Positions 1 to 9,000 of a stretch of 64,000 nucleotides of DNA are shown here, piece after piece (within the stretch, counting starts at the first letter, position 1; each line of letters begins with the position of its first letter). Source of the DNA: a virus (Duplodnaviria > Caudoviricetes). Position numbers and translations under genes: made by a program. The notes under the pieces were generated by a model that did not search any database, was not told where the DNA came from, and saw only the letters and a program-made list of their open reading frames with translations. The DNA lies in IMG/VR virus record IMGVR_UViG_3300022677_000027, positions 32,001 to 96,000 of that record, one strand, 5' to 3'.

Positions 1-675
1 AGACGTACCAAAGCCGTCATCCCCACAGTCGTGGCATGAAACATTTATGAAAACAGTATAGTCAACGCCACTGCTTGAGTAGCCATCCTTTATTGAATCG
101 TCTACTTCTATATTCTCATACCACTGATAGTTCGCAGCAGGGCCAGGGGCTATCAGCCCACCAACGCCACCGCCAGACCCAGCGACACCTCCGCCATCCA
201 AAGTAGCAAACGTGCCGTCAACGGACCAACTGCCATTTACACCAATCCACTTGATCATGTTGGCCGAGGTTCCGGCAGTTATCGGGTTAAACGATTGATA
301 ATGTGGTGCAGAGCTAATGTTAGCCGATGCCCCAGAGCTGACACCATTAAGGCTGTCACCACTCTGCAAGGTGCCGGTTATCTCTTCGATTGTTACGGCT
401 AGGCCAGAATCCTCCGCTACAATGCCGCTGGAAGAACCACCGTCCCACGTAACAGACTCGCCAGGCGTAAAGGTGCCAGTCTTACTGGTAACAGGACAAT
501 ACTTGAGCTGAGTATAATCCCCCGTTCCCTTTATGTAGGTGATGTCTCCAGCGGCAACAGATTCCGCTGCATGGTGAAGCCCCGCACACCCTAGCCATTC
601 CTGACCAGAAGAGTTAAGGCCAGTTCTGGTATTAAAAGTACCTGGGTTGTCTAAGTCTACATACCTTGTGGTCAT
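1..675 (-). CDS. Partial tail spike/fibre-like protein, probably a right-handed beta-helix; runs off the window start
   Basis: Not in the ORF track. ATG at 675 overlaps the TGA of the upstream gene (ATGA) and the frame is open to base 1: MTTRYVDLDNPGTF...HAAESVAAGDITYIKGTG...YTVFINVSCHDCGDDGFGTS. The 'AAGDxxYIK' and 'xCHDCGDDGF' segments resemble pectin-lyase-like folds. Confidence 0.6.
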   Translation of the reverse strand, partial: MTTRYVDLDNPGTFNTRTGLNSSGQEWLGCAGLHHAAESVAAGDITYIKGTGDYTQLKYCPVTSKTGTFTPGESVTWDGGSSSGIVAEDSGLAVTIEEITGTLQSGDSLNGVSSGASANISSAPHYQSFNPITAGTSANMIKWIGVNGSWSVDGTFATLDGGGVAGSGGGVGGLIAPGPAANYQWYENIEVDDSIKDGYSSSGVDYTVFINVSCHDCGDDGFGTS

Positions 676-1037
676 GATACCACCTCGTCCTTATAGTAGT
701 AAACAGTGTCAACCAACACGCCGTCAACATATATCTCATCAATTACGTCTACGTGGTCACACTCCTCCTCGCATTCTGGCAACCATGCGGCCAGACCAGG
801 GTGTAGGTGAGAACATTTGCTCTTCTGAATAGTGTTGCACTTCTCAATAACTGAATCGCCAGGCACATCGCAATTGACCAAATTGCACCTTATAAACGTC
901 AGGCCGGTAAGCCCCTCGCATATAGCGGTGTGCGGAACGGCCTGCGCAAAATTGCAATCCACAAAGATGTCGCCATTGCTTGCATCAATTTCATTGCGCC
1001 GATCATATGAGAAGTTATATGCTTTTATCGTAGCCAT
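672..1037 (-). CDS. Small Cys-rich hypothetical protein in the tail fibre module
   Basis: ORF 672..1073. Start moved to ATG 1037, which has a GGAGG SD (MATIKAYNFSY...). Confidence 0.7.
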   Translation of the reverse strand: MATIKAYNFSYDRRNEIDASNGDIFVDCNFAQAVPHTAICEGLTGLTFIRCNLVNCDVPGDSVIEKCNTIQKSKCSHLHPGLAAWLPECEEECDHVDVIDEIYVDGVLVDTVYYYKDEVVS

Positions 1038-1254
1038 GTTTGCCTCCAAAAAAGTTCTTGTCCAAATATTCATATATTTGGAATGCCAAGGCCATTATCG
1101 GATCTTTTCCAGACTTAACCCACTGCCTCTTCTTTTTTATGGGACACTTTTGCCACAGCTCCTTGCGCAACTCCATCTGGTTGCGAAATTGTGTAAGCTT
1201 TGGCTTTATCTGCGATACCGCCTGTGCCTGGTTTTCCAAATTTAACCTAGCCAT
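1015..1254 (-). CDS. Hypothetical protein, 79 aa
   Basis: Fills the operon gap, has a GGGGG/AGG SD and overlaps the next gene. Confidence 0.65.
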   Translation of the reverse strand: MARLNLENQAQAVSQIKPKLTQFRNQMELRKELWQKCPIKKKRQWVKSGKDPIMALAFQIYEYLDKNFFGGKHGYDKSI

Positions 1255-1263
1255 AGTCGCCCC

Positions 1264-2019
1264 CTAACCTGCCAACACCTGTACCACAACCAGTGTTGGT
1301 TTAAAATATACAATCTGTGTATCCCAAGCTTCTCCTATTATTTGCACCTGGTCTCCTTCTGTAGACGGCCTAGTCTCAGTAAACTCGCCATCTGTTTTGC
1401 TTGTAAACAACAACTTTCCTTTCTGAAGAGTCCAACTATTGTTCCTTATAAATCCCTCTAATAGAACTTTTTTGCTTGCACCAACTTCTGTTCCCAACGA
1501 CATGGCGCTACAAGGCAATTCGCTAGGGCTATTAGCATTAGCTTTTTTAAAGCGACCAGTGGAGTGCATATGCAACAAGTCACCGAACGCTATACTTGAT
1601 TCATCAATATAGGCTTCTGTCCACTTGCCACTCCACTTCCCATTCGATATGGAGTTATTGAAATAGACTCTGTGCAGAAGTTCGTCCAGCATATTGACAA
1701 GCCTCGCCAGATTCTTGCCGACTCTTTTATCCCCCTGGTGAAAGATAGGCAGTCCGTAATTTGTTGTAAAGTCTCTGCTTATTATAAATGGCTCATCCTC
1801 TAAGGTCTCGCCTCCCCAGGGAGTAGTGAGCGTTATCTGGGGAGGACTTACTTGCACTGTCTTAATTTCATAAGTCCCAGTATCATCGTCATCCAGAGTG
1901 AACCAATCACCAACTCGGACATTGTTATTTCCAAATTCAGTATATTCACTGAACTCAACTACATCACTACCGTTCGTTACATTGCAAGTATGTGTTGTAC
2001 CAGGTCCATATTGTGACAT
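1264..2019 (-). CDS. Tail fibre/adaptor-like structural protein
   Basis: N-terminus (CNVTNGSDVV...YEIKTV...ITLTTPWGG...FIISRDFT) is typical of phage fibre anchors. The C-terminus is a cement-like beta domain. GAGGAG SD. Confidence 0.55.
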   Translation of the reverse strand: MSQYGPGTTHTCNVTNGSDVVEFSEYTEFGNNNVRVGDWFTLDDDDTGTYEIKTVQVSPPQITLTTPWGGETLEDEPFIISRDFTTNYGLPIFHQGDKRVGKNLARLVNMLDELLHRVYFNNSISNGKWSGKWTEAYIDESSIAFGDLLHMHSTGRFKKANANSPSELPCSAMSLGTEVGASKKVLLEGFIRNNSWTLQKGKLLFTSKTDGEFTETRPSTEGDQVQIIGEAWDTQIVYFKPTLVVVQVLAG

Positions 2020-2020
2020 T

Positions 2021-3064
2021 TTATTTGTCCTCCTCTAGCATTTTTATGAACTCATCAACGACCTGGTCAGGGTCAAAGTCCATGCAAGCTTCATCATGTA
2101 TGCAATTCCACACATATCCATCTCTGTTATCAAAGAAAAAACTATTCGGTCTGTGGCAGAACGGCGTAGGGCAACAAGGCTCCATGTAATAATTCACGTT
2201 GTGGCTATAGCCCAAACACGCTGGACTGGTGCCGCCCCACAATACAAGGCCTTTTTTGCGCCTTATAGCCGAGGCATGTTGCAAAAAACTATCAACACCA
2301 ATGAAGCTCCTCACATGTGGCAACATTGCAATTATAGGTCTTAAAGGGGAAGCTATGCTCTCATGACCTTCGAGCCTGGGAAAATTCCTCCCCTCCACTG
2401 TGAGCACGGTAAAGCCCTTGTCTTTTAGCTTATCTGCAATAGCTTGAGCTATTTCTTTACGTAGAGAGGTCTTGTAACCCCTTACTCTGCCAACATTAAA
2501 TCTGGTTTCGTAATCTTCCTCCTTACAGTTGCATATCTGTGGCGGAGCCATGTGACCACCAAACCACTGGAACATCACTGCGCGATTTTCGGAATCATCT
2601 ACAGCCCCTATTTTTCTTAGGTACTTTTTTGCTGCTTCAATTTCTCTCTTTATGAAAAAAATCGATGGTTTTAAATCATTAGCATCTAAACCCCACAATT
2701 CAGCAAACCCTTCAACCAGATGACCCTTCTTCTTGGTATAGGTGTAAGTAAGATATGGCTCACCGGAAAGTATTAAGGATTCATCAAAATAATCCTCATA
2801 GACATTTAGAGGGTTATTAAAATTGTAAATTCTATATACATCTTGGTTATATAGCCATACATCTGGATGACTGACTATACAAACCAATTTGGTTCCAGGG
2901 TATTTCCTCTTTATTGCCGGAACCAAGGCCGTCGCAGCTATGTTTTTGCCAATACCTCCCTGCACAATCATAACGACGTATTTAAAATCCAGATCCCTAT
3001 TTCTGCTCAATCTTTCTTCCTCCACGTCCAAATTTGTCTCTACTAATTTTGCGACATCTGCCAT
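2021..3064 (-). CDS. Glycosyltransferase, GT9 (heptosyltransferase)-like
   Basis: N-terminal GGIGKNIAATALVPAIKRKYP and FIGVDSFLQHASA...GLVLWGGTSP...GY motifs, plus a C-terminal Cys cluster (PCCPTPFC...C...CM). Confidence 0.8.
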   Translation of the reverse strand: MADVAKLVETNLDVEEERLSRNRDLDFKYVVMIVQGGIGKNIAATALVPAIKRKYPGTKLVCIVSHPDVWLYNQDVYRIYNFNNPLNVYEDYFDESLILSGEPYLTYTYTKKKGHLVEGFAELWGLDANDLKPSIFFIKREIEAAKKYLRKIGAVDDSENRAVMFQWFGGHMAPPQICNCKEEDYETRFNVGRVRGYKTSLRKEIAQAIADKLKDKGFTVLTVEGRNFPRLEGHESIASPLRPIIAMLPHVRSFIGVDSFLQHASAIRRKKGLVLWGGTSPACLGYSHNVNYYMEPCCPTPFCHRPNSFFFDNRDGYVWNCIHDEACMDFDPDQVVDEFIKMLEEDK

Positions 3065-3086
3065 TTTAGCCCTCCTCCTATAGCTT

Positions 3087-6000
3087 TTACCTAGCTGCTA
3101 AAGCCATCCAATTAACACAAGCATCTTTATCAAGGCTTGCTTGAGCAGATAAGCAATTTTGAAGTCCACAAAAATATATATGCGTACAGTCCCAAGCTTC
3201 TTCATAGCAATAATAAGTAGATATTCTTTCAACATCGTTTAAGCAATGTATACTTTTCATATAATGAGGAGCGCCGTTTAGTTCTATGCTACCGCATATA
3301 GTAGATACAGGAAAAGAAAATTCCTCAGTCGTTAAACACTCCGAATACCAGTGCCAATGACCACTATCATAATGTGTATCAAAATCATAAGTACAAATCG
3401 GAGAACCTGGTAAACTATCCTGAAACATTATTTTGCCGCAGCGGTATCCATGCCAAGTATATTCAGAACACCACCCATCACATCTTTCATACTCATAGCG
3501 GTTACTTTTCAAGGTTGTATTGGGAGGAATCAAATCTGGAATATTCTCACAACAGGTCCAAAATAATTTAACAAACTTCCCAAGCCTTTCGTAATGTTCG
3601 TAGCAAGCCCGAACAATACTAGATCCTATTACGAAGCAAACCAATAAGTCAAATCCACAATATCTGGCCTCATCAGTTTCTGGCTCTCTCTCGCCGCCTT
3701 CTGCCCAATATCCGGTATCTATAACATCTATGTACATATACCAACATCCGGCCACTGGAAACTGTATATCTATATCTACCGGAGCTTTTTCACTAATACA
3801 CTCTGGATTTGTAGATTGTTGGTATTCAAAAGGCCCTTCGTAGCCAGAACAAGAATTGTCACACAACGTATAGCATATTCCAAAACAAATACAACCAGCA
3901 CACCATGGATGCGGCTTATTGCACGCACCATATCCATACTTCAGCAAATCAAGTCTTACTGTAACTCCTTCTGTGTTAGCATTTGGCTGTGTCCATACAC
4001 AGTTGCAATTTCCTTCAGCATCTAGATAATTGATACATTTTTCAGGACCCCTACCTGCAACATAATGGCCTTCGGCATTCTCATAGAATCCCCACATCGG
4101 CAAAATACCTTCAGCTACCATCATATAGCCATAGACCGTAAACATTTTGCCATAAAAACACTCTATAACATATTCATCATAAGTATCCCAATAATTGTCA
4201 TTACCGCCACACAAATCTACACAGATACATTGGTCATTGTTGCAGTATATGATTCCTTTGCTTTCATCTGTTATATTACAAATCCTATGGCCGACATGCT
4301 CATCGATTTCCCACGACTTAGCGGTATCTTTAAGAAATGGACTCTGAACAGGATTATCTCCTCTCCCAACTTCTAACACCTCATAGCTATCAAAACTAGG
4401 CATTGGGCCATATATACAATAACAATTCCCAATATACCAATTATCATCTGGAACACCATCGTACATGGAAGCAGTTATACATGTACCAGTGTTTGCTCTT
4501 ATAACACCATGGGCTCCGGTTGTTACATTGCATAGGTTTCTACCGACGAAAGTATCATGTACCCAATTCTTACTACTATCTATCAGTGTGTGATAACCGT
4601 CAACTGTGCTGTGTTGACCTTCATCTACATAACGATTTTTTGGTAGTCCAGGATTAAAGCATGCTCCTATTACATATTCTATGCTGGGGTCTCCTGCCGC
4701 ATATGTTTTTACCTGATTGATACCTACAGCTACAGAAGGATCCTCATGCCAACCTTCCAATATTATTGTTGTGCATGTTTTTGCAGTGCCAGCACATATC
4801 TTATTAAGATACGGAAAATCTTTATTAAACCCACCATCGTGATAAACAATACGACCCTTTTCCATATATGTATAATCACAATTTTGCAAACTAACGGGTT
4901 TAGGTTGCTGTTCGTCAAGAATGCAATACCTATCATCTAAGTCCCACTTATTTTCATCACCACCTGCCAATGAAGCAATTATGCAACAGGCATTGTTACT
5001 TGTTATTTCCCCTTTGCTACAATCATCAATATTGCAGATCGTAAGCCCCTCCCATTGGTCATCTTGCCATGTCTTTGTAGGGTCTTCTAGATAATCAGAA
5101 TCATCTCCACCTCCATGCAGTCCGCGCTCATCTATTTCCCACTTACCTGCTGTACCGAAAGCGTAAAAATCCTGAGCGAGAACGTGTCCGTTACATATGA
5201 AAAGTCTCCATTGGTCATATTTATCATAACTTTGAATACCAAGAGAATTCATTTCAGTTCTAGCAACATTACTCGTATTCCTGATTTGCACTCCATCAGT
5301 ATTTATATGAGTTATCTGCCTAGTGGCAAGGTTTACAACAACTCCAGAGCTTTCTGGATCTTCAGAATGTGGTTGTACAGCTTCGTTTGCTCTTCTCTCC
5401 ACATTCTCGGTACTCGTTTCTCCTATAGTAGTGCCTCGGCCAAGCGTGCCAATGGTGACTTCGCCTAAATTCGTTGTTATCGCAGACAAACAATGAGCAA
5501 TGACTTCATCTGCCAAAACCAACGTATTGGGTTTATATTCTAAGACCTGTACAGCTTGGTTTGATTTTATATATACTCTAACTCTTCTGGCCTGTCTATG
5601 TGGTTCCCATAGGAATTTATTCCCTTCAGGACCATCATATAGACTAACTGGATTGTCACGAGCTTGCTGCCTAGTTTCTGCCTCTATGAGCTTCGGTACT
5701 TCTTCTCCGCTGCTTTTCAGGAATTTCCACCCAGTTCCATCTGTTTTTCTAGAATAAGCTACATATGCCTGCGCAACATCTGTGTTTATTCCAACAGAAC
5801 TAATTCTTCCAGTAAAGTCTGTGCCACTTGTGCCATCGTTGTAAGAGCTACCCAAGGTGATATATCTCCAAGCAACCATGGAATCTAGAGTTATCTCAGC
5901 ATAGTCTAGCTTTACATCCGCTTCCTCTTCTTCATATATTTCCAACCTAAGAACCCCAGGCGAATCTTGGGTTCCAGTTCTAACTAAGTGTAGCCAATAA

Positions 6001-9000
6001 TCTTCATTTGTAGATATGCTTACAAAAAGATATTGTTCCCTCAAAAAACCCATTTCCCGATACACTAGCTTGACGACGCCCGAATCCCAATCTGGTATAT
6101 CCTCATAAAACACTTGGATACAATCATCGCCATCATCATCAATGGTCTTGGGGTCTTTCAGATCTTTTGAAAACATTGCAAGAACACAATATGCAGCATT
6201 TGGCGAAGAAACCGGAGAATCTCTTTCAACTTTGATTATATATCTGAAAGAACTATTAAATTTATCGTTTCCATAATCCTTATATAGCCTAGCATCCTCC
6301 TCCCTGGTCATGCCACTTATTTCCATGCTGTCTATGTCTGGAGTAATTCTATTATTATCATCCTCCTCATTCCAGAGGGTAAGGTCTACAGTAGGGCTAT
6401 TATCAACCCACAGTATTACTCCAGAAAACACATGTTCCACTGGATATAAATAGTCTATCCATCGTTCCTGTTCTTCAGGTATTGCATCGTAAACAATCCC
6501 CTTAAAGTCACCCATTTCCACATATCTTCCATCATACAATTCAATTATATCGTAACCACCAACAACTGGATTGTTCTCACTATTCCTTTCCTCGACTTCT
6601 TCTCCTGTTGCTATGTTAATATACCCGTCACTGGCTATGAATTTAAATATCTCACCAGCAAATTGTTGTTCATCTATGCTTAAGGCATCATCTGATTCCG
6701 TAGTAATCGCACTTAACTGATAAAATATATCCTTAGCCCTTACCTGTAGATGTATAGTGGCGTCTACAGAATACTTTTCCCTCATCTCCGAAGATAGAGC
6801 TATGGTTACATTTGTGTTAGTTATTAGCACCCAAGGCTCCCACGACTCATTTTCTATTTTATATCTATATAGATAAGCATCAACATCGTCCTCAAGGCTT
6901 TTGGGCCATACAAAGTTCACCGAATTTGTCATCGGCGTTGCAAATATTTCAGTAGGGGCCGCTGGAGGATTATTAACAGCAGTAATCTCTGTTGGTGTTT
7001 CTGATCTTTGCCAATAAACATCGACATCTACAATCGATATATTTATAGTGGGATCAGGATAACCCCCTATTTGATATCTCTCCCCAGCATCTGGGTTTTC
7101 AAATAGGTTTATTTGCCCCTCTTCTATTTGGTCATTAGCCCCCTTATAATAATAGGTAAGCTCTAATTCGTGGTCAGAAACGACAGTTTTTATATCTGCC
7201 CACCCTATACTGTCTTTGTTCCCGATTCTCATGCCAGCAGTAACGTTAAGGTCATTAAAATTCTTCGTAGAATCTACAAGATGAAAATCCTTCTGCTCTG
7301 TATTTGTTCCCTCCACCACAAGGCGATTATCTGAAACATTTTGTTCCCACGGGTAGGTATAAGTAAGGGCGGTTTCGGACTGCACCAAATCGACAAGTAC
7401 ACCATTAATCGAAAGTTCATAACGGAGATGGTCACAAGGATTATGCGTAGCTACCCACCCAATAATAAGATTTCTGCCATCAAAGTTATAGTGCAATCCA
7501 GTTATTGATGGAGGAGGAGCATTGTTTACTGTCAATTCGGCAGGATATGGTGATCTGTTACCTATTTCATCTATAGCCCACACTTTTATGGTAAACTCAG
7601 GCTGAGGTACGCCATTATTATCAGAAACATTCATCTCGTAGGTATATTCAAACCTAGTGTCTGCTATATCTTTATATACGCCAACCTCCTCTTCGTTGAC
7701 ATACATCTTAACTTCATATCTTATAACGGTTGAAGATCTATCATCTAACCTTTCATCGCCAAGGTCTTCTAACCCATGCCATGGAGAAACTTCATTCCAC
7801 ACAAAAACAACGTCCCTACAAAGGAAAGTTGTATTGTTGCCCTGACCCTCTATTTCAAGCCCGGTGACGACCCCCGGAGGTACGCTATCTTCTCGCAAAG
7901 TTATCTGATCTGTAACCGGATCTCCACTAGCTCCATACTTATTTTCAGCCCATATCTTTACATAATAAGTCTCATGGGGTGTTAGATTACACCATCTTAC
8001 AGAATATTGCGAAGGACCGCGTTTCAACGGCGGCTCTGTCATCCAATTATTTTGGTCGGTACTGCGCTGAACTACTGCTTGGTAAAAAGCAGGGTCTATC
8101 ATTCCGCCCACTGTTGGCGGACTAAAGCTCACGGTGAAACCAACACAATCAGTTTCTTCTATGAGCTGCAGATTTTCAACCGGCCCAGGCAGAGCATGCA
8201 CGTCTGGCAGTTCATCTGGTATTTCAACTCGGCCAGCAGCACTAAAGTGCCCATATATCGTAGGATTGTATTCTAAAGCACTTATAGATACTTCGTTGAT
8301 ATTCTTCCTAGTGATGCTTGTTATTCTAAAAAGCTTACCCTCTCCGCCTTTTTCCCCACAAAGCCAAATTTCGTATCCTACTGGTTGCGCATCCCATGGA
8401 GAATCAACATTTAATTCAGTATATGTGCCAGGAGAATTTGTTATGTTTCTCGTCTCCATATCTCCATTTCTATGTAGGATGATTATGCCATAGCTTTTTC
8501 CAGACTTTAGTTCTTTGGGGTTATCTATTACAACACTTTGGTTTGTGGCTCGTACAACGCGGCCACCCTTACCCCACCCAGCCATATCTTCCTGAACCAA
8601 AACCACGTTGCCTGGAGCACAATGCACGGCATTTATAGCCGAATCAAAAGAAATGGTTTTTGATCTATACATGGCTCCTAATAGTACGAACCAACCGTCT
8701 CTTATGACTTGGCTATACCTAGTTATTCCATTAAACTGAACAGAATCTAACTTTTGTGGTTTACCCTTTTCTCTTTCTGAGTCGCTAATGAGTTTTATTC
8801 TATCCAGAGTATAGTTAGCTTGAGGATTATCCCATGATACCTCAAGTGCATTAGGCAGTTCACTACGCGGTATAAACGCAACCTTAAAGCTTCCTTCTTT
8901 GATATTGCTACTGTTAAAAACAAAAGTATAATCCTCTGGCTTGTCTATTAATAATCTGATAGAGTCTTCTACCTCAAAAGCCATACCACGGCAAGCGCTC

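Noticed and set aside
3087-5200. Diversity-generating retroelement target at the gpJ C-terminus
   Set aside because: No reverse transcriptase and no template/variable repeat pair differing at adenines is visible in the window. One could lie outside it.
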